DNA of 64,000 bases, from NCBI GenBank assembly GCA_951406725.2, contig OX597819.1, positions 88,412,001 to 88,476,000 on the forward strand, written 5' to 3'. This stretch comes from Octopus vulgaris. Its lineage: Eukaryota. How positions within the stretch are numbered: the first letter of the stretch is position 1; each line of letters starts with the position of its first letter. The position numbers and the translations under genes are program-made. Below, piece after piece: positions 53,724-64,000 of this stretch. The notes below the pieces were generated by a model. That model had not been told where the DNA came from and did not search any database. It saw only the letters and a program-made list of their open reading frames with translations.

Positions 53724-55799
53724 GCCTTGAGATGCCATATTTTCTCAATTTCAATGAGTAGGTCTTTATATTTTCTGAGCTTGTCAAACTCTTTCGCTGA
53801 GATATTATGATCACAGGGGATGGTCATGTCGATCAATAAGCAAACTTTATTGTTTTGGTCTTTCACAACAATATCTGGTTTATTGGCCTTGATGGTTCGG
53901 TCTGTATGTACTGGAAAGTCCCACAGAATGGTTACATTTTCTCCTTCAGTTACAGCCTCGGGGTGGTGATTATACCACTTGTCGGCAGTTTTGATATTGT
54001 AATGCCGACTTATTAGCCAGTGGAGATATTGGCCAACTCTGTCATGTCTTAATTTATACTCCACTGGTGCTAAGACTTTACATCCAGAGATTAGGTGGTC
54101 CACTGTTTCAATCATGTCGTTGCAGAATCGGCATTTTGGGTCTGCTCCATTTTTCATCACATTGGCCTGGTAGTTCCGGGTTAATAGGCTTTGATCTTGA
54201 GCATCCAGGATGAAACCTTCGCTCTCTGCTTTTAGCCCTGAGCTCCGTAGCCACTGATGGGTTTGCTTCTGGTCAACATCAGCTTGTTTGCTGCGGGTCA
54301 CATATTTGCCGTGCAGAGGTTTCTCCTCCCACCTATCAGCCAATTGCTCGTGCGCTTTTTTCATTGCCATCATTTTCACCTTCTTTGCAACAATAGTTGC
54401 CGTACTTCCCTCGGGTTGTTCAGTTTGGGTATCCTGCACGAGATCAATAGCAAATTTTTTGCTTTCCTTTATGATAGAATGAAGCTTCTTTCGTCTCTCG
54501 TGATTTTCCACGAGCTTTAGCATCCAGTCATTCGATATTTCGAGATATTTGGCCAGTCCAATTGTGGTTGTTTTGTAAGCTAGTTCAAATTGGATCAGGC
54601 CTCGACCTCCTTGGGCTCTGGGAAGGTAAAGGCGATCTACGTCTGCCTTTGGGTGGTGCATCCTATTACAACTCAGCAGCTTGCGTATTTTTCTATCTAT
54701 ATTCTTTACTTCACTCATATTCCAGTTCAACACATTGTAGCTATAAGTAACAACTGGAACTGCTAAGGAATTTATAGCTAACACCTTGTTACGTGCATTT
54801 AGTTCAGATTTCAGGACTGCACGAACTCTCCTATAACATTCCTTCCTGATTTTCTCTTTCATGCTTGCATGCTAAATACCAGAGCCTTCATTTATCCCTA
54901 AATATTTGTATGTTTGTTCTTGCTCAAGCTCTCTTATGACTGTGTCAACATCTAACACGACTGAATTTGTGGTCTTCACTTTCCCTTTCTGGAAAGTGGC
55001 ATTGGCACACTTCTCAAGTCCAAACTCCATCCCGATGTCATCGCTGAATGCTTTCACGGTGCGCAATAGGCCTTCAAGTTCATTATTGTCTTTACCATAA
55101 AGTTTTAAGTCATCTATATAAAATAGATGGCTTATTTTTTTATTGGCAATTGTATACCCATACCCTGTTCTGTTTAATTCACTTGTAAGGGGTATTAGGG
55201 CTATGCAGAATATTAAAGGTGAAAGTGAGTCACCTTGAAAAATTCCACAGTTGATGTTTATATTTTCTGAGGCAAGTACTCCATTAGAGTGGTATAATTG
55301 GAGATTTGTATTCCACAACGACATATTGTGCTTCAGGAAGCTTGAAATCACAGGGGAAATTTTGAAGATGTCCAGTGATCTCAAGATCCATGGATTGCGG
55401 TATACTGTCGAAGGCCTTTTTATAGTCAATCCATGCGGTGCTGAGATTTCTGCGCTTGTTGTGACAGTTCTCAAGGATCATACGATTGATTAGCAGTTGA
55501 TCTTTGCATCCGTAAGAGCCTCGGCGGCACCCTTTTTGTTCAATGGGGAAAATATCGTTCTTCTCCATGAATGCATATGTTTTCTCCGCCAGGATAGATG
55601 TTAGGATTTTATACGTGGTGGATAGACAGGTTATAGGCCGATAGTTTTTTGGAAGGTTGGTTTCGTTATTCTTTGGGAGTAGGTAAGTAATGCCACTTGC
55701 TAACCATTCAGGTGTTTTCTTTGGGTCTCTCATAATTCCATTGAGCAGCTGAACTAGCTTACCGTGTGCGCATGGGAGCGATGCGAGCCAGAAATTCGG

Positions 55800-55800
<1 letters not shown>
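53593..55800 (-). mobile_element. R4/Dong-clade non-LTR retrotransposon (RT plus restriction-like endonuclease), 5'-truncated
   Basis: NYRPITCL, WIDYKKAFDS, GIFQGDSLSPL, FYIDDLK, YKYLG, GGRGL, CCHC knuckle CRFC..ETVDHLISGC, RHD, PDIVV..LIDMTIP..K..KY; two frameshifts; (TAA)n on both sides. Confidence 0.92.
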
Positions 55801-55833
<33 letters not shown>

Positions 55834-56488
55834 GAGTGAGAGAGCAGTTCATGCCATCAAAGTGACACTGGGGTAAAATATACGAAGCCCAATATACCCA
55901 TCATGACTACCCGTCTGATAAAGGTACACCAGACACATGCATCACAACCATATGTGCGCGACATGGTGATCTCATATCAAGATAAACAGCACATGACCTT
56001 GCAGGTGGGGCCCAGTTAGAATTTTCTTCAGGTTGAGTAGCCCATCCCGCTCAAAAGGTCCCTGATTAAGGGTTGTTTAAGGATGTTGAAAGAGCCACCC
56101 ATGTTTCCAGAGGTGAACTATTCAAACCCCAAAGAATCCCTCTCAACACATGGTTATGATGCTCCCCCACTACTTCTGCTCGTGATCAGAGATGCACATA
56201 TCGTCAGCCACTAAGGGACATGCTCAACTGGTTAAGGTCAAACAACTGACAAGCAAATCTGTGGTATTGAGCAGAATATTTGCTGTAGCCCATCTTTTAT
56301 ACCAAGACAAAACAATGTACATGATAACACTTCCAATCAGTTAAGATCAGAAGCCATGAGAGCCACTGCCTGGTACTGCATCAGGGCATTTACTGCATCA
56401 GGGCATTTACTGCATCAGGGCATTTACTGCATTAGGGCATTTACTGCATCAGGGCATTTACTGCATCAGGGCATTTACTGCATCAGGG

Positions 56489-56492
<4 letters not shown>
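55834..56492. mobile_element. Non-coding interspersed element flanked by (ATT)n
   Basis: A second partial copy at 56941-57127 is also preceded by (ATT)n; the element ends in a 17-bp tandem array. Confidence 0.7.
56374..56492. repeat. 7 x 17-bp tandem repeat (tactgcatcagggcatt)
   Basis: Seven consecutive units, one with a single substitution. Confidence 0.95.
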
Positions 56493-56533
<41 letters not shown>

Positions 56534-56534
56534 A

Positions 56535-56915
56535 AAGGCGGCGAGCTGGCAAAAACTTTAGCACGCCGGGCGAAATGCTTAGCGGTATTTCGTCTGCCGT
56601 TACGTTCTGAGTTCAAATTCCGCCGAGGTCGACTTTGCTTTTCATCCTTTCGGGGTCGATAAATTAAGTACCAGTTACGCGCTGGGGTCGATGTAATCGC
56701 CTTAATCCGTTTGTCTGTCCTTGTTTGTCCCCTCTATGTTTAGCCCCTTATGGGTAATAAAAAAACAGGTATTTCGCCCGTCGCTACGTTCAAATTCCGC
56801 CGAGGTCGACTTTACCTTTCGTCTTTTCGAGGTTGATAAATTAAGTACCGGTTGAACTCTGTGGTCGATGTAATCGATTCATCCCCTCCCCCAAAATTGC
56901 TGCCCTTGTGACAAA
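56535..56915 (+). mobile_element. SINE family B, full copy plus partial second unit
   Basis: Same layout as 23615-24020. Confidence 0.88.
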
Positions 56916-56940
56916 ATTTAAAACAATTATTATTATTACT

Positions 56941-57127
56941 GAGTGAGAGAGAAGTATACACCATCAAAGTGACACTGGGGTAAAATATACGAAGCCCAAT
57001 ATACCCATCATGACTACCTGTCTTGAAAGAGTACTCCAGGTACATGCATCACAACCATATGTGCACGACAAGATTTACATATCAAGATTTACAGCGCCTG
57101 ACCTAGCAGGTGGTGTCCAGTTAGAAT
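56941..57127. mobile_element. Partial diverged copy of the 55834 element
   Basis: gagtgagagag..ccatcaaagtgacactggggtaaaatatacgaagcccaatatacccatcatgactacc. Confidence 0.8.
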
Positions 57128-57214
57128 GTTCCTATGTTACTTGCAAGTGGAGTCCAGTTAGAATTTCCTTTGAGTCTATCGTTATGCACTCTGCTTGTCT
57201 CCCTTTGAATAAAC

Positions 57215-57215
<1 letters not shown>

Positions 57216-57283
<68 letters not shown>

Positions 57284-57562
57284 TGGAGGAGGAGGAGGAG
57301 AAGGAGAAGGAGGACGAGGAGGAGGACGAGGACGACGAAGAAGAAGAAGAAGAAGAAGAAGAAGAAGAAGAAGAAGAAGAAGAAGAAGAAGAAGAAGAAG
57401 AAGAAGAAGAAGAAGAAGAAGAAGAAGAAGAAGAAGAAGAAGAAGAAGAAGAAGAAGAAGAAGAAGAAGAAGAAGAAGAAGAAGAAGAAGAAGAAGAAGA
57501 AGAAGAAGAAGAAGAAGAAGAAGAAGAAGAAGAAGAAGAAGAAGAAGAAGAAGAAGAAGAAG
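57216..57562. repeat. (TAG)n-(GAG)n-(GAA)n compound tract, ~74 pure GAA units
   Basis: Directly visible. Confidence 0.95.
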
Positions 57563-57695
57563 GATTTTAAAAATTGCGACGTTTGCTACAAGTTCAAATT
57601 AAAATTTGTGCTCGCTTTTAAAACAAACCATCTTTAAAATCTGAATAATATATCTTTTAAGTTTTCAAAAACAAAGTGTGCGTGCGCATGTGTAG

Positions 57696-57741
<46 letters not shown>

Positions 57742-57936
57742 TGTGTGTATGCAAAAACACACTCACGTGAGGTCCATAACAATTTCCTACTCCCTTGTTA
57801 TTTTATATATATGTGTGTGCATGTGCGTGTGTGTGTGTGTGTTTGTTTGTACATAGTTAACAAGATACACACCTGCATAGCATACATATACAAAATATTA
57901 TATATATACATATATATTTGTATATATATATATTTA

Positions 57937-58068
<132 letters not shown>

Positions 58069-58091
58069 TGTGTGTATATACATACATATAC

Positions 58092-58218
<127 letters not shown>

Positions 58219-59122
58219 TGTATGTATGTATACACACACACACTCACGTGTATGACTAGCGAACAGACTGTATGTCACAACTATCACACATAGCATTCAG
58301 CTGCATCTTCTCCTATATAATTTTCTCTTCCTTCTGCTATTGAAAAAGTTGGTTTTTTTTTTGTAAATTCTCCCTAAATATTTCTTTCTCTTCTCTTTTA
58401 CGTCAACTTGCTCTATCATTTATGTTATTCACTCATCACACACCACACAACAACACCTCTTTGACACTCTTAGCTTCTATCGTCTTCTATTTTACATTGG
58501 AAGCTTTCTGCTGTTTTCTCTTCCCGAAGTTTATGCTGTTTTAGTTCTTTTAATTTTCTTTTCTTTGATCAAACTTCGCAATTTAAGTCTTTAGGCATTT
58601 GTATGTATGCACGCATTTATATATGTATGTAAGAATTTATGCAAGGTATGCATATGTGTATACTTATGTGTGTGTCTACGTATGCATGTAAGTGTATGCA
58701 TATATGTAAGAATATGTGTATATATACTTGTATGTATATATATGTGCGTGTATGTGTGTGTGTATGTATGCGTATGTATGTATGTATGTATGTATGTATG
58801 TATGTATGTATGTATGTATGTATGTATGTATGTATGTATATGCATACCTATGTATATATGTATGTACGTGTGAATACATAAATTTATCGGTGTATCCATC
58901 TGCTTCTATATTCATCTATCTCTCCGTCTGTTTGCCTGTCGATGTGTCTGATGTGTCTGTCTGCCAGTCTGTCTGTATGCATATATGTATGTAACCATAT
59001 ACACCTTTATGCTATACTTCAGTATGCATATATATATATTTACACATACATACATACATGTACATATACATATGTAAATTTGTATAGTGTATGTATTTAT
59101 ATATATATATATATACACATAT

Positions 59123-59189
<67 letters not shown>

Positions 59190-60186
59190 TTTATATACGT
59201 ATGCATGCATTTACGTAAGAACTTAGGTATAAACTATATGCGTATGAGAATGCTATACATACATATGTACACTCCCCTCATATGTGTGTGTGCGTGTATG
59301 TTTGTGTAAGTGCGTGTGTGTGTGTGTGTGTCTGTCTGTCAGTCTGTCTGTCTGTATGTATGTCTGTCTGTCTGTCTGTCTGTATGTATGTATGTATGTA
59401 TGTATGTATATACGTACGAACACAGATGTCTGTGTGACGTTCCTCATTCTTATTCTCCTGGGGTCCACTTCCGCTTTTTCGCTAAAATTATTCCATCACA
59501 CCAAACAACTGTCATCAGACGGTGGTGAAAAGAAACAAAGAAAAAAACAAAAACAAACAAGAAAAACAAGAAAAACATACCAACAAAAAAAAATGAATAA
59601 GATCTCACAACTGAAACAAAAAATAGCAAAATAAAAAGTGAAAAAAATGTATAAACAAATGGATAAATAAATAAATTGGAATATTTTCTAGATGCAGCGT
59701 TTTCTGAGTGAAAGATTTCCAGTCTGTACCAATTTACTGCTACGACTGGAATGCTAATGGTAGACGTCAGCTGGCCAAAAATGACACTTTACATCAAATT
59801 CTAAAACTGTTTGGTGAATTATTTTTCCGTTTGAGATTTTTCTTTATATTTTTATATCATCGTCGTAGTCGTCGTAGTCGTCGTCGCTGACGTTGTTACT
59901 GTTGTTGTTATTGTTGTTACTAAAGCGGTGTGAATTGGCAGAATCATTTGAGCATCTGAAAAAAAAAAAAAAAAATGAAGTTTTGTTTTTCTTTCTTGCA
60001 AATCTTTACATTCTGAGATCAAATCTCACCGAAGTTTACTTCGCCTTTCATCTTTTCGCTGTTTTTTTTTTTATTATAACAAAGTACGAGTCAAGTACGA
60101 GTGATGATATAATTGACAACCCCCCACCACCACCACCACCACTACCACCAAATATTACTGACCTTATGTTTAGATCAGAAACCATT

Positions 60187-60555
60187 ATAATCTCCGCCTT
60201 CGTTAAGGCGGAGGTATTGTGTTCAGTCGCGTTTGTTCGTTTGTTCGTGGACAAGATATCTCAAGAACCGCAGGATGGATTCGGATGAAACTTTCAGGGA
60301 TGTTTGGCCTCGTGATTAGCACGAACTAATTAGATTTTGGGATCGATCTCGTACCGGACAAGGATTCTGGATTATTTTTCCTGTTCGTTTTAATTAATTT
60401 TTGAGAGCGATTGGGTTCACTTTTAGTATTCTCGTTAGTGAGAGCAGTTGAGTTTATTTCAGATATTCTCATTTTCAAAATCATCTCTGGCTAATCGTTG
60501 AGAGGACGTTGATGTTGCCTTGGGGGAGGTTTGCGCTCTTTGAGTCCTCTTGTTA
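60187..60555 (+). mobile_element. Non-autonomous Helentron/DINE-1-like element (HINE)
   Basis: 5' atctccgcc..ggcggaggt palindrome, gtttgttc microrepeat, gatgaaactttca motif, and 3' subterminal gggggaggtttgcgctc..gag followed by T-rich flank. Confidence 0.7.
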
Positions 60556-60802
60556 TTATTGTTATCAAGTCAGTGTGTCTTGGCAGAATCGTCGGAAAAG
60601 ATGCCTTTCAATATTTGTTCCGGCTCTCTTTATTCACAGTTCAAATCCTACCGAGATTAGCTGTCCTTTTCCTCATTTTAGAGTCAATAAAATAAAGAAC
60701 CAACCAAATACTGGGGCCAATTGTATCATCTAACACCCTCCCATCCCTACACCAGAAAGAAAATTTCTGGCTTTGTGCTAAAATTAGGAAGAATTATTAT
60801 TA

Positions 60803-61282
60803 CTAGCGGGACCCATGAATATTTCACAGAGCTAATGGTAAACTTATTGGGTTATTTCTGAAAACTTTATTTAAAAAAACCTTAAAGTGTAACCTGTGTT
60901 GTGTCTGTATCAGAAGATAGTCGCTCATCAGCTAATCATTGAAAAGTGAAGGAAACTGGAATACGATGGTTACTTAATGCACTTTATATATACATTTTAT
61001 ATACTTTATGCACAATTTTGTTGACTTAATACATAATACTCTCCCTCTTTCTCTCTCACCCTTCGACTCTTTTTCTTTCTCTTTCGCTCTTCACCATTCC
61101 CTTTAACTAATTACGTGAAAGCGTTACAAACGAGCTAAGTAACGGAGGAAAAACTTAGTTTTAAAAAATTGTACATTTCCCTCACCACGACCTCTCTCTC
61201 TCATCCCTTCCCCTTCAACTAATCACGTTATAGTGTTACGGACTGGCTAAGTAACGGAGGAACAAGCAGAATTATTATAAGA
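60803..61282 (-). mobile_element. Probable non-autonomous Helitron
   Basis: Minus-strand 5' TC (61282) and 3' CTAG (60803) between A and T, a weak hairpin, and an internal ~50-bp direct repeat (61100 / 61212). Confidence 0.5.
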
Positions 61283-61863
61283 TTATTGTATTTGCTTCTC
61301 ATTATTCCGACGAGGTCGGTTTTGCCTTCAATCCTTTCGGGTTGATGAAATAAGTATCTGGCGATGACAGGGGTCGATGTATTCGATTAGTCTCCATAAA
61401 ATTTCACGCCTTGTCCCTCTAATAGAAAATATTGTATTTGTCTCTCATTGTGTAAAAACGTATTTTTCTTTCACCTTTTGAAAAACAATCTATTTAAATA
61501 TTACCAAATGAAATTTCTACTGGAGTATTTGTAAAAATTATAATAATTGTCTTTAAAAGGACTGCTCCGATGCATGAAATAGATAGCAGAAGATAAAAAG
61601 GCTTGTTTCAAAAACTTTTCAAATTTTATTTGCTATTGTTACATTTTCGCATCTAAAATGGCTACCTTACATTATTTTTATACAAGACTAAACAGTGCAA
61701 TGGAAATAAAAAACAACAACACAAAATGAAAGCACACAAATATTTTTCAAAAGGGAAAAGAAAATGAACACTTTTAGTGAACAATTAATAAAAAGAAATG
61801 TCCCATATACTCAAATAAGTTATTTTGAAGACAGCGACTGCATTAATGACAATAGCAACAGTA

Positions 61864-62225
61864 GTGGAGGTGCAATGGCCCAATGGTTAGGTCGGAGGAT
61901 CGCGGTTTCGATTCCCAGACCGGACGTTGTGTGTGCTTATTGAGTGAAAATACTTAAAGCTCCACGAGGCTCCGGCACTGGGTGGTGGTGACCCCTGTTG
62001 TACTCTTTCGCTCCAACTTTCTCTCACTCTTTCTTCTTGTTTCTTGTCCCCGACTTCCTACGCAACCGCTGAGCCTGGATGCGCATTCATCCATCCGTCG
62101 ATGCTCTCTGTGTCGGGGGTTGGCCTGCTTTCTCTTCTGCGGGTCTTACGAATAGCAAAGGACCACGTTTCGGACTTCTCCCACTGGGACGAAGACCACT
62201 TTCCTCAACAAACAAACAAGCAAAC
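61864..62225 (+). mobile_element. tRNA-derived SINE
   Basis: tggcccaatggttagg A-box, gtttcgattccc B-box-like, (caaa)n tail. Confidence 0.7.
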
Positions 62226-62239
62226 AGCAGCAGTAGCGA

Positions 62240-63000
62240 CTTTTACATAAAATTTATGAGGAGCAATCAGCCATTGAGACTAAGGCACCAAGTTAGATTC
62301 CCTGACAGTGAGGTAGGTTTCTCACAACTCGTTTCTTTGACGCAGCTGTTGTCCTGGGTCAAGCAAAGACAAAGACCAGTGGCCTGGCATCAAGGATGTT
62401 GTCAGGCATTCGCAGCTCTCTACAAGACTGGCAATGGGATAGATGGAACTTACAATTTAGCATTCAGTAGATGACTAGTGAGAATATAGTCGTCCACAAG
62501 AATCAATAGGCTAGTCTCTTTCGGAAGAGATTCAGTCAAGGGCATTGTCGGTTCAAATTATATACACTGAAGAGCCATGAGCCAAGCCTGACCAAGATGT
62601 GTGCAGAGCGATGAAGCCGTACTGCGCGCATTCATACAGTGTCCTTGTATTGTTGACATGTAGAGTTATATCCAACAGCTATTGTCATGCGTGGGATGAA
62701 TCTAGCTATCGAGTGAGCCCATCTTATAGATCGTTCGGTTGCCTTCTTTTGATCGGAAAGGAATGATAGTTTTCCTTTCTGGTGGCTTTGGCGGAAGAGA
62801 TTGTGGACACGACTGAGAGGAATGAGGACAGATGCATTCCATTTCGACTAAGCTCTCATCGGCTTTTTCATGTGCCACAGAGAGAGCGAGATGACGATAA
62901 AGAGGCAGATACTGGTCTCCGGTAACTTTAATGGAAGGTGGGTGAAAGTGATAAGTATGATCCAACTGAATGAGCCTACTCTCAGAAAGCACCCGGCATC
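62240..63000 (-). mobile_element. Possible very old non-LTR RT fragment
   Basis: Remnants RRPVSA and LLILVDDYIL in RT-like order; weak. Confidence 0.3.
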
Positions 63001-63184
63001 TGTGGAGTTCCTTGACTGGTTTTAAGTGGTGGCTCTACTCTACCTGTTCTGTATTGCAGTTTATAGTGCGTATTACTTTCTATTTCTTTTCATTCGATTC
63101 CAGAGTTAACCTCCAGTACACTTTATGTAACCTGCCCTTGTAATATCTACTTATCTATCACCTTCGTAGTATAAAAGAAAACCT

Positions 63185-63390
63185 TCTTGGAAGAATCGTT
63201 AGGACGTCAGACTTTGCAGTGTTTGTTCTGATTTTATATATTTTATATATTCTGAGTTTAAATCTCGTCGTGGTTAGCTTTGCCTTTCATCCTTCACGCT
63301 TTGACATAATAAAATACCAGTAAAATACTGTGGTCGATTGTATCGACTTGATTCATCCCGCCAAACTCCAGGTCTTGTATCTATCTTAAA
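63185..63390 (+). mobile_element. SINE family B, old copy
   Basis: ttctgagtttaaat..ctttgcctttcatcctt..aaaataccag..gtcgat. Confidence 0.65.
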
Positions 63391-64000
63391 AAAAGAATAT
63401 TTGTGTTGCTGTTCCTCAATATTGAAATACGAATTTTCATCGCTCTATCAGTTTGTTATGATTACATTTCATATTACCTATTTGAGCGCTTTATTCTTCT
63501 GTTAATATGTTCCGTTTTATTCCATGATATGTCGGGGGCATGATGGCTAGTTGTTCCTCTGTTAACTCTTTTGGGAGCCTCATTTTTTTTTCTTTTTTAC
63601 TTTTCTTTTTTTTTTTGGTCTTCTAAAATGTCATTTTCAGATTTCGGCAGAAAATAAGAGTTGACGTACCACCGGCCACATTGCACATTGTACGAGTAGT
63701 AAATAACTATGAGTTGCTGTCAGAAAATGTTGTTGCAAATGGCAAGCATAGCTCGCCTGAATGAGCCTACTCACAAAAGTTGCTATTTTGCAGTCGATTT
63801 TCACGCCTTCATTTTTATTTTTAAATTTAATTTTTTATTTTTTATTTATTTATTTTTTTCCGTAATCGATTCTGCATAAAACACTCCGTTTTTAAAAACT
63901 GTTACTGTAATGTTCCACCTCCCGCCACTCTTATTGCAAATAAAAAGAAATCATCATCATCATCATCATCGTCGTCGTCGTCGTCGCCACCGCCATCTCT

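Noticed and set aside
56374-56492. CRISPR-like array
   Set aside because: Head-to-tail repeats with no spacers, eukaryotic context and no cas genes.

Overview
Eukaryotic, AT-rich, extremely microsatellite- and transposon-dense DNA. The SINE families and repeat make-up resemble a coleoid cephalopod (Octopus-like) genome, which is an inference. No intact host protein-coding gene is evident, and nearly all listed ORFs are microsatellite read-throughs. Recognisable content: decayed DNA transposons (maT DD37D, Tc1-type including a DD36E copy, MULE, hAT, Helitron/Helentron), non-LTR retrotransposon fragments (R4/Dong-type with REL endonuclease, RTE, CR1-like) and several tRNA-derived SINE families. 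The most striking signal is a dense set of about a dozen minimal type I hammerhead ribozyme motifs with palindromic helix III. They lie in at least eight unrelated short non-coding elements, mostly inside (TA)n tracts. Several have 'one monomer plus terminal redundancy' (351, 553 and ~586 nt periods) or fold-back structure, as in Penelope-like pLTR or retrozyme-type elements, and one has a tRNA-like Pol III head. Also present: a 1.63-kb spacerless palindrome, a locally templated insertion in a Helitron ORF, a pre-miRNA-like hairpin, and weak evidence for 5' exons of a host gene at 40-43 kb.
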